The translations under genes and the position numbers were made by a program. The notes under the pieces are model-generated. The model saw nothing but the letters and a program-made list of their open reading frames with translations. It ran no database searches and was not told where the DNA came from. DNA of 64,000 nt from positions 974-64,973 of the forward strand of contig JBLNBN010000060.1 in the NCBI GenBank assembly GCA_050260015.1, read 5' to 3'. Positions 9,696 to 19,538 of the stretch are shown here, in pieces. The stretch comes from Chloroflexota bacterium (GTDB lineage: Bacteria > Bacteroidota > Ignavibacteria > Kapaibacteriales > UBA2268). Each line of letters begins with the position of its first letter. Positions within the stretch are counted from its first letter, which is position 1.

Positions 9696-12080
9696 ATGAG
9701 AAAGTTTTTATTCTCTTTTTGTTTTGCTCTGATGGCTTTATTCCTGGCTTCAAACGAGCCGGCCCAGGCAACGGCTAAGAAGCGCGTCTTTTTGGAGCAA
9801 TATACCGGCGCGTGGTGCGGCTACTGCGTCGATGGTACGGTGAAGATGGACGATATACTGGCGGCGAAGCCCGACCAGGTGATAGGGGTTAAATTGCATG
9901 GGGGCGATCCCATGGAAATACCCGTTTTCGCGGAAGTCGACAACTTAGTCGGCATTACAGGATTCCCAATGGGCAGCGTCGACCGCATAGTGTTCAACGC
10001 GGGCGGGCAGCCTACAATCGGCCTCGATCGCGGCTCCTGGGCCCAAGCGGTAGACATCGCGCTTCAGACGGCTGCCGTAGTAGATCTGAAAGCGACTTAT
10101 ATTCCGCTCGGCGGAAATGATTACACCATTAACGTAATCGCTAAGTTCGACTCCAAACCCACGAAAGAAATGCGCCTCAACTTCTACGTAGTGGAAGACG
10201 ACGTAACCGGGTCATCCGCGGCTTATAATCAATCGAATTACTACGACAAAACAAGCGGGCACCCATACTACGGCAAAGGCAACCCAATCGTCGGGTACAA
10301 GCACCAGGCTGTCGTTAGGATGATCGGCGGCGGCGCGTTGGGCTTTGAAGGCTCGCTGCCCGATATCTCCGATATTGAAGTCGGCCAAACTTATTCTTTC
10401 TCCCGCAAGATCACTTTGGATCCTAACTGGAACAAAAGCAAGATCAAATTCATTGGGATGGCCCAATTCAACTCCTCCAATCCGTTCGACGTTCACATCG
10501 ACAATGTTGTTTACGCAACCCAGGAAGTCCTTAAATCGGAAGTTACAGGCACAAACGACGGATTATTTGTCCTGGGTAACGACGAGAATCATATAATTTC
10601 CGCTACGATTAAGAACACAACCAATCTTCCGATTGACTACAAAGTTCAAGCTCAAAAGTTAGCCGGCACCCCGTCGGATTGGACTGCTACATTTGACATC
10701 ACTGAAACGACCTTTAGATTGCAGGGCAAGGAAAGCAAGACCGTGCAATTAACTATCGACCCTGGAACGACGCCGGGCATTGGCGGGTACTCTATCATCA
10801 CTAAAGAAGTAGACAACGCCGAGTCCGCGCTTCCCAGCGTAATGGCGACAATCGTTTCGAAGGAAATTTCTTCGCTCTACGTAAACGACGACGCCGGAGT
10901 TAATTCTATACTCCCGGCTATGCAAAAGGCAGGCTATACTAAATTCGTAGAAGTCAAATCTTCAACTGTTGCGAAAATCAATACGACTTTACCGCAATTA
11001 AAGAATCTCGTTTGGGACGCTGCGGCTACGGGCAAAGTTTCCTCGGAAGAAGCTACCTTCATCTCGAAGTATATTAACCGCGATGCAAACGTCGGTATAT
11101 TTGCCTGCGGCGCTATGCACCTTTCGAAATCCGAGCTTAGCTCCGTTTTCGTAGACTTTGGCGTTAGCTATGTCAATGCTATTACTCAGGGAAAAACGAC
11201 GGCGCTTATCGGCTATAGTAACGATCCCATTACTGATTCGTTCGACCAACCCATTCAGCTCATCTCTTACCTGCTTCCAGGTTTCGCTATTACTAATCCA
11301 TCGAAGACCACCCCGATACTCAGGGTAAAAGCCGTCGATTCCGTAGTAGCGGTAAAAACGCAGTGGGATAACAGTCGCGGTCTTTTAGTCGGAATAACCC
11401 CGGCAATTATCACAAACGTATCCGCCCGCGAATCCTTCATTAAGAAGGCGATGGATTGGTTGATCCCCGCCGCTCCGAAGCCCGTAGTTTCGCTTAGCGT
11501 AACAACTTTGGACTATGGAAAAGTAAAGCTAAATACTCCCTCCATCAAAACGGTTGAAATCGAGAATAAGGGCGCTGCCGACTTAGTAATTCAGTCCATG
11601 ACCTTTACGACCGCAGGCGTTTTCGAGCTTAACACCGCTGAGACATTTCCAAAAACAATCGTTCCCGGCGCTAAATTCGTAGCTGAAGTAAAATTTACTC
11701 CAACCGAAGCTAAAAAATACAACGCTAATCTCGCTATAGTAACGAACGACCCCGTTAAGCCGAATTCAGCTGTCTCCCTTTGGGGCGAAGGCGAAAATAC
11801 CGGCGTTTGGGAAGAGAATTTGCGCGGCGTCAGCCTGACCGTAACTCCTAACCCGGCTACTACGGAAGCTAAAGCAACGATTATCCTTCCGGAAAACGTT
11901 AACGCTAAGCTCTACGTGATCAATTCCGCAGGCGCTCGCGTCCTAAACGTTTCCGACGCTGTCTCGAACGGCGTTAGCGTGCTGCCTATTAATTTAAACG
12001 AATTAAATTCCGGCTCGTACTTCCTCGTACTGGACGTACGCGGCTCGCTCCTGAAGACGACGCTAAACGTAATACGTTAA
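9696..12080 (+). CDS. Omp28-related/thioredoxin-fold-like CxxC secreted protein with an ~450-aa inserted region and a T9SS C-terminal domain (paralog 3)
   Basis: Start set at MRKFLFSFCFALMALFLASNEPAQA. Conserved block KRVFLEQYTGAWCGYCVDG. T9SS tail LTVTPNPATTEAKATIILPEN...GSYFLVLDVRGSLLKTTLNVIR. Confidence 0.6.
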   Translation: MRKFLFSFCFALMALFLASNEPAQATAKKRVFLEQYTGAWCGYCVDGTVKMDDILAAKPDQVIGVKLHGGDPMEIPVFAEVDNLVGITGFPMGSVDRIVFNAGGQPTIGLDRGSWAQAVDIALQTAAVVDLKATYIPLGGNDYTINVIAKFDSKPTKEMRLNFYVVEDDVTGSSAAYNQSNYYDKTSGHPYYGKGNPIVGYKHQAVVRMIGGGALGFEGSLPDISDIEVGQTYSFSRKITLDPNWNKSKIKFIGMAQFNSSNPFDVHIDNVVYATQEVLKSEVTGTNDGLFVLGNDENHIISATIKNTTNLPIDYKVQAQKLAGTPSDWTATFDITETTFRLQGKESKTVQLTIDPGTTPGIGGYSIITKEVDNAESALPSVMATIVSKEISSLYVNDDAGVNSILPAMQKAGYTKFVEVKSSTVAKINTTLPQLKNLVWDAAATGKVSSEEATFISKYINRDANVGIFACGAMHLSKSELSSVFVDFGVSYVNAITQGKTTALIGYSNDPITDSFDQPIQLISYLLPGFAITNPSKTTPILRVKAVDSVVAVKTQWDNSRGLLVGITPAIITNVSARESFIKKAMDWLIPAAPKPVVSLSVTTLDYGKVKLNTPSIKTVEIENKGAADLVIQSMTFTTAGVFELNTAETFPKTIVPGAKFVAEVKFTPTEAKKYNANLAIVTNDPVKPNSAVSLWGEGENTGVWEENLRGVSLTVTPNPATTEAKATIILPENVNAKLYVINSAGARVLNVSDAVSNGVSVLPINLNELNSGSYFLVLDVRGSLLKTTLNVIR

Positions 12081-12101
12081 GCGGAACTTTACAAAAAGAA
12101 T

Positions 12102-12145
12102 CTTCCGTCCGCCGCTCGCGGGCGGAAGATTTTTATTTTTTTACC
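12102..12145 (+). terminator. Rho-independent terminator
   Basis: Hairpin CTTCCGTCCGCCGCTCGCGGGCGGAAG followed by ATTTTTATTTTTTT. Confidence 0.6.
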
Positions 12146-12233
12146 CGGCAAAGAAATTATGAGCGTTTGTTTTCGTTTAAGAGTGAATTAAATATTATAT
12201 TTGCAAAATCTTTTTATAAAAAACAGGAAAATC

Positions 12234-13370
12234 ATGGCTCTCGATTTTTTCAAAAAATTCAGGGAAAAAATTTCAGAAGGCGCTAAGAAGATTTCTGAAA
12301 GCGTAGATAAAGCGACTGAAAAAGTAAGCGAAAGCGTTAGCGCGGCGATGGAAAGCGCCGGCGAAGCGTTTAAGTCGGCCGCTGATGCGCTTCGCTTCGA
12401 TCGCCTGAAAGAAGGTTTAACTAAAACGCGTAAGTCCTTTTCCGACAGTCTCAAATCAATACTTGGCGTAGGAAGGAAAATTGACGAATCGTTATTATCT
12501 GATATAGAGGAAATTCTAATCACTGCCGATATCGGCATAAATACTACTGAAAGAATCATTGAATCTCTTCGAATTCGCGTCAAGAAAGAAGGATTTGAAA
12601 ATGCGGAAGACGTCTACGATCTGCTCAAGGACGAGCTTCACAACATCCTGATCCAATCCCCCTCGAAGGAAAGCGACGCGGAGTATAAAACCGACGATAC
12701 AAATAAACCCCATACGATATTAGTAATTGGCGTCAACGGCGTAGGTAAGACTACGACGATTGGGAAGCTGGCTTACAATTACAAGAAGGCCGGCAAGCAA
12801 GTAATGATCGGCGCAGCGGACACATTCCGGGCTGCGGCGAACGAACAGCTCGAGATCTGGGCCGAACGCGCCGGGGTTTCCATAGTACAGCAAGCGCAGG
12901 GCGCGGATCCTGCCGCAGTGGTATTCGATACGCTGAAATCCGCCCAGAACCAGGGAAAGGACGTCGTAATTATCGACACAGCGGGCAGACTACATAATAA
13001 AACAAATTTGATGAGCGAGCTTGAAAAGATTTCCCGCGTAATGAAAAAGCTAAAAGCCGACGCCCCGGACGACGTATATCTCGTTTTGGACGCTACGACC
13101 GGGCAAAACGCCATTGTGCAAGCGAAAGAATTCATGAAGGTGGCTAATATTACCGGGATAGTCCTTACTAAGCTCGACGGCACCGCTAAGGGCGGCGTAG
13201 TTATTCCCATAGCGGACGAATTAAAAATACCAGTTCGATATATCGGGGTCGGCGAAAAGATCGACGACTTGCAACCCTTCGATCCAACGGCTTTTATCGA
13301 AGCTATGTTCGATTTGGAACCTACAGCTTTAAACAATAATTTAGAAAGCGACCTAAATAAAAGAGATTGA
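12234..13370 (+). CDS. ftsY: Signal recognition particle receptor FtsY
   Basis: SRP GTPase motifs GVNGVGKTTTIGKLA, DTAGRLHNK and TKLDGTAKGG. The ATG at 12234 (MALDFFKKF) is preferred over 12201. Confidence 0.85.
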   Translation: MALDFFKKFREKISEGAKKISESVDKATEKVSESVSAAMESAGEAFKSAADALRFDRLKEGLTKTRKSFSDSLKSILGVGRKIDESLLSDIEEILITADIGINTTERIIESLRIRVKKEGFENAEDVYDLLKDELHNILIQSPSKESDAEYKTDDTNKPHTILVIGVNGVGKTTTIGKLAYNYKKAGKQVMIGAADTFRAAANEQLEIWAERAGVSIVQQAQGADPAAVVFDTLKSAQNQGKDVVIIDTAGRLHNKTNLMSELEKISRVMKKLKADAPDDVYLVLDATTGQNAIVQAKEFMKVANITGIVLTKLDGTAKGGVVIPIADELKIPVRYIGVGEKIDDLQPFDPTAFIEAMFDLEPTALNNNLESDLNKRD

Positions 13371-15616
13371 AATTTAAAATAGCACAAATTGCGGTTGGAA
13401 TATTCATAACTCTATCGGTCGCCGTACAAACCGCGCGCGCCGATACCGCCTTGCCATATTCCTACAAGATACAATCGAGCGCGGACGGCGGGTTCCTTTT
13501 ACCCGCAGGCGACGGTTCGCTTTTCTATTTCATTAAATCGAATTGGGCGCTTTCCAACCAGACGATATACAGCCAAAAAGGTCCCGGCGGCGGAAATCGC
13601 CGCGGATTGAGCCTCGGCGACGTCGTCGTGCTGGCTTCGTCCGTACGCGGCTCTAACCTGCAACTTTTGCTGCTAGAGAAATCCATAGTCAAGTATTCGG
13701 AGTTTAATCCTAAGCTGGAGCTAATCAGGCAGATTACTTTGCCTATCCAAATCGCAGCTCAAACTAACGCGGGCATTTTAGCGGGCGCCTCCGGGACATT
13801 TATTTCCGTCGGCGGGGAGCTATTTGGAATTGCCAACGATAGCGGCGAGCCGCGCGATCTAGGCCGCGCCGAGACTATATCCGTATTTAATCAGAATGGC
13901 AAAACCTATGTCGGGACTTTGGAGGGAACGGAGAACTTTTCCATCTTCACAGTAATATTTCCTGATGGAAAACGCGAGCGCGCGAACTTCGACGCAGTGG
14001 AGAGTTCGCGACTGCTTTCGCAGGGCAGGTATTTTGCGGCCGTTTTCTCCCCTGACGGGCAACGATCGGTCGCTAAAATATACGATGTAAAAGGAAGAAA
14101 ATTTGTCTCATCGCTCTGGGCGGATTGCGGAAGCTCCTCGATAGCTATCTGCGAATCCGACGACGGCTTAAAGCTATACGCGCTTCAGTATTCCGGCGGA
14201 AATTATTCAATGCGTTATATAAAAGCGAGCATGGCCCAGAGCGATAACGCCTGGTCCGAAACTGCGCTGCCGCATGAGTTTATCGAGCCCTTCGGGCTTT
14301 GGTATCTCGACGGAAGGCTTATTGCTCTCTTTCGTAACGGGTTAGTTACGTTTACTCCCGCCGGGAAAATACTATCCCTGGACTATGTGCCGTTGAGCGA
14401 ATATATTTACGAAGCGCCGTCGGTCTTTACAGGCATCGACCTACTAACTCTCTCTACGGAAAGGGGATCCATTACTCTCGCAGGCGAAAGGAACCCTTTG
14501 TGGCGGGTCAATTCTTTCGTGGATAGGGGCGGTAAGTTCTTGCTGCCCGGCATATTGCTGCTCTCCACTATCTTATTCGTTCAGCTTTACAGGCATGAGA
14601 AGAGGCTGCTTGCAACCATCGTCGAGGCTCCTTCAAGCGGTATCCTGATGGCGATCAACGGGCGCGGAGCCGTTCAGGAAATGAACGAAGGCGCCAGGAA
14701 GCTGCTGGGGATAAGCTCCGCAGTGCCGACAATGCGAAAGTACACGAGCTACTTCGCATTGGAGCACACTCAACCTATCCTATCTTTAATCGAAAAAGCC
14801 CTCGTCGAGAGAAATTCGTTTACGGAACGGCTGGCGATTGAAACCCCTACGGAAATTCGGGAAGTAATTTTTACTCTGACTATCATTAAAAATATATTCA
14901 ATTCCTACCGGGGAATAGTGCTGGCCGGGTTCGATATTACCGAGCAAATCGAAAGAAAAAGGCTGTATAACTGGGCGCAGCTGGCTCACGACATGCAGAC
15001 GAACCTTTCCACGATAAAGCTCAACGCCGAGCAAATAAGCGCCGATGGAAGCTCGCAGAATATATCCCGACGCAGTAAAATAATTTACCAGGCGAATTTG
15101 CTTATACAGCGCGTACGGGACATCGTTACGGTCGGGCGCAGCGACAAATTAGAGATGTCCGACTCCGTCGCGTTCGAGATCTGCTACGCCGCCCGCGGCG
15201 AGTTTGACGAATCGATGTTCCCGGGAGTAGTGTTCGAGGTGGAGCCGGCGCCCTTCATGGTGAGGTGCGACAGGCAAAAGATGCAGCGCGCCATACGTAA
15301 CGCCATTGAAAACGCTATACGAGCTCTCCCCGAGGGGAAGGGGAAAATCACTCTTAAAGCGGAAACGGATAGGGAATTCGCTTACTTTTCCATTATAGAC
15401 AACGGCGTCGGCATGGACGATGCCGTGAAGGCAAAAATGCTGACTCCCTACTTCACAACGTCGCAGGGCAAGGGCGGCTTTGGCATAGGCACGACTATAA
15501 TGCAGCACGTAGCCGAACTGCACAAAGGCAAGATATTAATCAACTCGGTAAAGAACTACGGCTCGGAGATAATATTCAAAATACCCCAGAAAAGGGAGAG
15601 AAAAAGTGGGCAATAG
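13367..15616 (+). CDS. Sensor histidine kinase with large periplasmic domain, TM, PAS, HisKA and HATPase_c
   Basis: N-terminal signal peptide and a ~390-aa extracytoplasmic region. TM segment FLLPGILLLSTILFVQLY. H-box LAHDMQTNLSTIKL. ATPase motifs IIDNGVGMDD and GGFGIGTTI. The start overlaps the ftsY stop by 4 bp. Confidence 0.8.
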   Translation: MKFKIAQIAVGIFITLSVAVQTARADTALPYSYKIQSSADGGFLLPAGDGSLFYFIKSNWALSNQTIYSQKGPGGGNRRGLSLGDVVVLASSVRGSNLQLLLLEKSIVKYSEFNPKLELIRQITLPIQIAAQTNAGILAGASGTFISVGGELFGIANDSGEPRDLGRAETISVFNQNGKTYVGTLEGTENFSIFTVIFPDGKRERANFDAVESSRLLSQGRYFAAVFSPDGQRSVAKIYDVKGRKFVSSLWADCGSSSIAICESDDGLKLYALQYSGGNYSMRYIKASMAQSDNAWSETALPHEFIEPFGLWYLDGRLIALFRNGLVTFTPAGKILSLDYVPLSEYIYEAPSVFTGIDLLTLSTERGSITLAGERNPLWRVNSFVDRGGKFLLPGILLLSTILFVQLYRHEKRLLATIVEAPSSGILMAINGRGAVQEMNEGARKLLGISSAVPTMRKYTSYFALEHTQPILSLIEKALVERNSFTERLAIETPTEIREVIFTLTIIKNIFNSYRGIVLAGFDITEQIERKRLYNWAQLAHDMQTNLSTIKLNAEQISADGSSQNISRRSKIIYQANLLIQRVRDIVTVGRSDKLEMSDSVAFEICYAARGEFDESMFPGVVFEVEPAPFMVRCDRQKMQRAIRNAIENAIRALPEGKGKITLKAETDREFAYFSIIDNGVGMDDAVKAKMLTPYFTTSQGKGGFGIGTTIMQHVAELHKGKILINSVKNYGSEIIFKIPQKRERKSGQ

Positions 15617-16046
15617 AGATGATTTAAAAGGAAAGAGAATAGTAGCTTTCGATTTTGGTATAAAGAGAATTGGGGTAGCCGTTACTGACGATTTTCATAT
15701 TACTGTCTCCACGCGCGATACGCTTTCGAACGACGACAAGCTTTGGTCCAATATCGAAAAGCTCTTCGAATTCGAGCGCCCGGGCGCGGTTTTAGTCGGC
15801 ATGCCGGTGCGCGAGGACGGGGTGGAGAGCGAAGTAATGCTCGCGATAAAAAAATTTGAATCGGAGATTAAATTAAAATTTAACTTACCCGTTTATGAAT
15901 ACGACGAAGCCTTTTCAAGCGTCGAAGCTAAAAAACTAATGTTGGAAGTCGGCTGCAAAAAATCCCGGCGACAAAAAAAAGGCTCTACGGACAGATTTGC
16001 CGCCGCATTAATACTGCGGGGCTTTTTACAAGAAATCGACGGTTAA
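15606..16046 (+). CDS. ruvX: Holliday junction resolvase-like RuvX/YqgF
   Basis: Contains KRIVAFDFGIKRIGVAVTD and is 146 aa long, as expected for YqgF. Confidence 0.75.
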   Translation: MGNRDDLKGKRIVAFDFGIKRIGVAVTDDFHITVSTRDTLSNDDKLWSNIEKLFEFERPGAVLVGMPVREDGVESEVMLAIKKFESEIKLKFNLPVYEYDEAFSSVEAKKLMLEVGCKKSRRQKKGSTDRFAAALILRGFLQEIDG

Positions 16047-16051
16047 TACTA

Positions 16052-17380
16052 ATGCGAAACATATTAGCTATTATGCTGATTGGGCTTGGGCTGGCCCAAT
16101 TCGCTTATTCCCAGCGTAATGAAATGCCGGATAAAAGCGATTACTATTCCTTCGGCGTAAATTTCTATTCCTCGGCTTATTCTTTTCCCTCGGAATCCCC
16201 GGATTCAATGAACATTGTGATCCTCTATAGAATCAGGTATGCCGGCCTGAATTTTGTCAAGAATACGATTAATCCCTCGAAGGGGCATTTCTTCGCTACG
16301 CTGTCCACCGAAGCCACGCTTAGGGACGCGGAGGGAATTATCCGCAGAAGGCTTATTGGCGCCGATTCCGTCTACGTTAATTCCTACGAGGAAACTAATA
16401 CAAAAAACGAGTTTATCGTCAATTACTTAACCGCGACTCTGCCTAACCAAACATTTAAGGCGTCGATTAACGTTTACGATAAAAATACCCAAAAATTCCA
16501 GAAAGTTGACTATACCCTAGAAGCGATCAAACCTACAACCAGGCTGGGAGTCTCGCAACCGCTCTTCGCGGCGCAATACGGCCCCGGGTACTCGCCCTAT
16601 ATTTTCAATAACGACCTTCCGTTCCAATACGAGCCTACGAGCATAATCATACTGGCCGACGGAAGCGGTAAGTACGATAATATTCATTATACTATTTTCC
16701 CGGTAAATCCGAGCGACAAAAAGGCCGCCCCCGTTGCAAAAGGAGAATTTGTAGCTGTTAGCGGCAACGAGCCGGTAATTAGTATCGATTCGCGGAATAA
16801 GATCACTTTGCTTTTCAATTTAAATCCAAAAATGGCCGACAGGGTATACGCGTTTGCCGCCGACTTCGACTATCGCAAGCTAAAGGAAGGGAAGTACTCG
16901 CTGAATATATGGAAACAGGGACGGTCGGATACGCTGAAGGATGAATTCAGCGTAGTATGGGAAAATCGGCCGCTTTCCATTAAAAACATTCCGTATGCGA
17001 TAGATTTAATGCGCTACATAATGAAGGACGAGGAGCACGACAAGCTAAATGAAGGCGACGACGAGGAAAAGGAACAAAAGCTCTTCGCATACTGGAAAAA
17101 ACGCGACCCTACGCCCGACACTGAATACAACGAAGCGATGGCGGAATTCTTCCGGCGGGCGGACTATGCGCACTTCAACTACCAAACGCTTACGGAACAG
17201 GACGGAGCTAAAACCGACCGCGGCCGCGTCTATATCCACTACGGGCCTCCCGAGGAAATTACTTCGAACCTTGTAAACGGGAGAACCCACGAAACGTGGC
17301 TTTATAGAAAGCTAAATAAGGAGTTTTCGTTTGAGACAGTCTCGATCGGCGTCGTTCGGCTCTCGGAGATTAAGCAATAA
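16052..17380 (+). CDS. GWxTD-like domain secreted protein (hypothetical)
   Basis: Signal peptide. The C-terminal region WKKRDP...GAKTDRGRVYIHYGPPEEI resembles the GWxTD domain, with A in place of W. Confidence 0.5.
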   Translation: MRNILAIMLIGLGLAQFAYSQRNEMPDKSDYYSFGVNFYSSAYSFPSESPDSMNIVILYRIRYAGLNFVKNTINPSKGHFFATLSTEATLRDAEGIIRRRLIGADSVYVNSYEETNTKNEFIVNYLTATLPNQTFKASINVYDKNTQKFQKVDYTLEAIKPTTRLGVSQPLFAAQYGPGYSPYIFNNDLPFQYEPTSIIILADGSGKYDNIHYTIFPVNPSDKKAAPVAKGEFVAVSGNEPVISIDSRNKITLLFNLNPKMADRVYAFAADFDYRKLKEGKYSLNIWKQGRSDTLKDEFSVVWENRPLSIKNIPYAIDLMRYIMKDEEHDKLNEGDDEEKEQKLFAYWKKRDPTPDTEYNEAMAEFFRRADYAHFNYQTLTEQDGAKTDRGRVYIHYGPPEEITSNLVNGRTHETWLYRKLNKEFSFETVSIGVVRLSEIKQ

Positions 17381-17387
17381 TACCCGA

Positions 17388-19136
17388 TCAATTCCTGCTC
17401 GGGTCTAAAAAGCTCCTTTGCCCGAAATAGCGATGGCGCGAGGTTTCGCGCATTCGCGTCAGATCGAGCAGCAAGAGCCCGTCCAACGAATTCATAAAAT
17501 TGACGTTGACCGCGAAGTCGATGAAATTCGCCCCGCCGTACTCGCATAGCTCAACATACTTGCGGTAGAGCGCCGGCACGGTAAATCCAAGCTCTTTCAG
17601 CGCGCTTTTCAACGCGTTAAAGTCTTCCTGCCGGCTCTTTCCTGCGAATATGCTGGAGAGATCGCGTTCCTCCTTAGCGGAGATCACGTATGGGGTCAAG
17701 CTCTTTACGCCGTTCAATTCTATCCCGTACCACTTTTTGTAGTAGTATACTATCAGGTTTTTCGCATAGGTAGTGTAGGAATCGCTTACGCTAACCGCGC
17801 CGAGCAGGTACTTCACGTTCGGTCGCTTTTGGATATATGCGCCGATGCCCTGCCAGATATAATCGAGCGCGGAGCTCTTCCAGTACTTTTGCTGGATAAA
17901 GCTCCTTCCGAGCTCTATCGCCTGGTCGAATATTGGATTGAAGTCCGGCCCGAACGCGAACATGGACGCGTTGTAAAGGCCCGCTACGCCTTTGTTTTCT
18001 ATTACGTCCCGCACGAGGCAGAGCCTGTACGATCCCATTATTTCCTGGAGCCGGTCGTCCCAAAGAGCGATGTGGTCGTAGTACCTATCGTATTTATCCG
18101 AATCGGCTTCCTTGCCCGCGCCCTCGCCTACGCTGCGGAACGTGATCTCGCGAAGCCTGGATATTTCCCGAAGAACGTTGGGAGCCGAGTCGTGGGCGCA
18201 AAGGTATATCTTTTTCCCGTCCGCCGTTTGGCCGAGCAGCTCCGAGCGGGATAGATCGTTGACTAGCAGTTCCTTTGGCGTCGGGCGGATTATAGTCGTC
18301 TCGGTATGGAATATCCCCGGCTTGCCCGCGCCTATCCTGTAAACGTGCTTCTTTAGTAAATTTGTCAAATGACGCTCGTTCAGCCCGCTACGAGTAAAGG
18401 CGGAGGCGGGAATCGGGTTGCCCGCATGCAGCTTTAACGATTCGCCCTTTTTATTGAATAATTCGTGCGGGAGTAAAAACATGCCGAATCGCCTGTAGAG
18501 CAGCGAGAGCAGGTAGAATAGCGCGGAATTTTGGCCGTCGACGTAGACGGGCAGGACCGGGGCGTTCAGCTTCGAGGCGTACTTGACGGCGCCTTTAAGC
18601 CATTTCCTGTCCTGGACGCCGCTCCAGCCTAGCCGCGAGACCTCCGCGGCTGGGAAGAAAAGTATCGCCTCGTCCGCCGCGAGCGAAGCCTCTATCCGCT
18701 CCAAATTCTTTCTTTGCGCCGAGACCGATAGCACGTCGTAGGGCAGCAGGAGGTCGCGGATATTCTCTATATGCGAAAGCACGTCGTTCGCCACTACCTT
18801 TACGTCGCTGCGGACTTCGCCTAAAGCGCGGAGGAGCGCCAGGCCGTCCAGCCCGCCGAGCGGATGGTTTGCTACTACTACGAGCTTTCCCTCCGCGGGT
18901 ATGCGCAACTTATCCTCTTTGGAAAGCTCGTAACTGAAGTCGAGATAATTAAACAGTGAGTCGATAAAATCGAAATTCTTCTCCGCCGCGAACTCCTTCA
19001 GCACGTGGTTGATCTGGCGGGTATGAAAAAGCAGATCGAGGAAATTCACTAAACCCTTTGAAACGAAAGAGGGATAGTTACTAAAAAGGGCGGGCGACTT
19101 CTGCCGCAGTATTTCACTAATATCTATATTTTTCAT
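17388..19136 (-). CDS. Bifunctional aminolipid (ornithine/glycine-lipid) acyltransferase, OlsF-like
   Basis: N-terminal PlsC-type HX4D motif VVANHPLGGLDG. C-terminal OlsB/hemolysin-like N-acyltransferase region. The start is trimmed to MKNIDISEIL (ATG 19134-19136), because the longer ORF begins with TTG and runs through the hairpin repeat. Confidence 0.65.
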   Translation of the reverse strand: MKNIDISEILRQKSPALFSNYPSFVSKGLVNFLDLLFHTRQINHVLKEFAAEKNFDFIDSLFNYLDFSYELSKEDKLRIPAEGKLVVVANHPLGGLDGLALLRALGEVRSDVKVVANDVLSHIENIRDLLLPYDVLSVSAQRKNLERIEASLAADEAILFFPAAEVSRLGWSGVQDRKWLKGAVKYASKLNAPVLPVYVDGQNSALFYLLSLLYRRFGMFLLPHELFNKKGESLKLHAGNPIPASAFTRSGLNERHLTNLLKKHVYRIGAGKPGIFHTETTIIRPTPKELLVNDLSRSELLGQTADGKKIYLCAHDSAPNVLREISRLREITFRSVGEGAGKEADSDKYDRYYDHIALWDDRLQEIMGSYRLCLVRDVIENKGVAGLYNASMFAFGPDFNPIFDQAIELGRSFIQQKYWKSSALDYIWQGIGAYIQKRPNVKYLLGAVSVSDSYTTYAKNLIVYYYKKWYGIELNGVKSLTPYVISAKEERDLSSIFAGKSRQEDFNALKSALKELGFTVPALYRKYVELCEYGGANFIDFAVNVNFMNSLDGLLLLDLTRMRETSRHRYFGQRSFLDPSRN

Positions 19137-19350
19137 AGGAAAATCGGTTTTTAATATGTCGAATTCGCTAACGACAAAAATAATGAAAATTCGGAGTAAA
19201 TCCTTGACTTGTTGTCTTGATGAAGAAACTATTCGATTTTTCGAATATCTATAGCGTCGCGCTGCTTCTTTTTCATCCCGCGGAGAAGCTTCAGGCGGAG
19301 TATCGGGGGAATATGGAGTTGATAAATATAGAGGCATGCCTATTTTGGTT

Positions 19351-19385
19351 AGGAACTGGGCCGGGAGCAATCCCGGCCTTTATTT
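19351..19385 (+). repeat. Hairpin repeat copy 1 (GGAACTGGGCCGGGAGCAATCCCGGCCTTT), terminator-like
   Basis: Stem GGGCCGGGA / TCCCGGCC followed by TTTATTTT. An identical 30-mer recurs at 19504. Confidence 0.6.
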
Positions 19386-19503
19386 TATGTACGTAATATT
19401 TTTCAAAGATAATAAATAAGCTTGCGCATAATATAAATATTTTGTATTTTAAAAGTGAATCCGTTGTTCTCCATGAACATCGTTTTCGCCAAAGGAACTG
19501 GGC

Positions 19504-19538
19504 CGGGAGCAATCCCGGCCTTTTTTATTGGCGACTGT
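19504..19538 (+). repeat. Hairpin repeat copy 2 (identical 30-mer), terminator-like
   Basis: Same stem-loop as copy 1, followed by TTTTTTATT. Confidence 0.6.

Noticed and set aside
12188-12583. 131-aa minus-strand ORF overlapping the ftsY 5′ region
   Set aside because: It is antisense to the ftsY N-terminal acidic domain and has no motifs.
19137-19370. N-terminal 78-aa extension of the OlsF-like ORF
   Set aside because: It begins with a TTG inside the terminator-like hairpin and covers the probable promoter region. The ATG at 19136 gives a protein of OlsF-typical length.
19291-19512. 73-aa minus-strand ORF spanning the two hairpin repeats
   Set aside because: It starts at a TTG inside the hairpin (MLPAQFL is encoded by the repeat itself) and runs through an AT-rich intergenic spacer. 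It is an artefact of the repeat.
19351-19538. Possible CRISPR array (identical 30-bp repeats)
   Set aside because: There are only two copies, about 120 nt apart. The repeats are strong palindromes followed by T-runs, and no cas genes are present. Terminator or REP-like hairpins are the better explanation.
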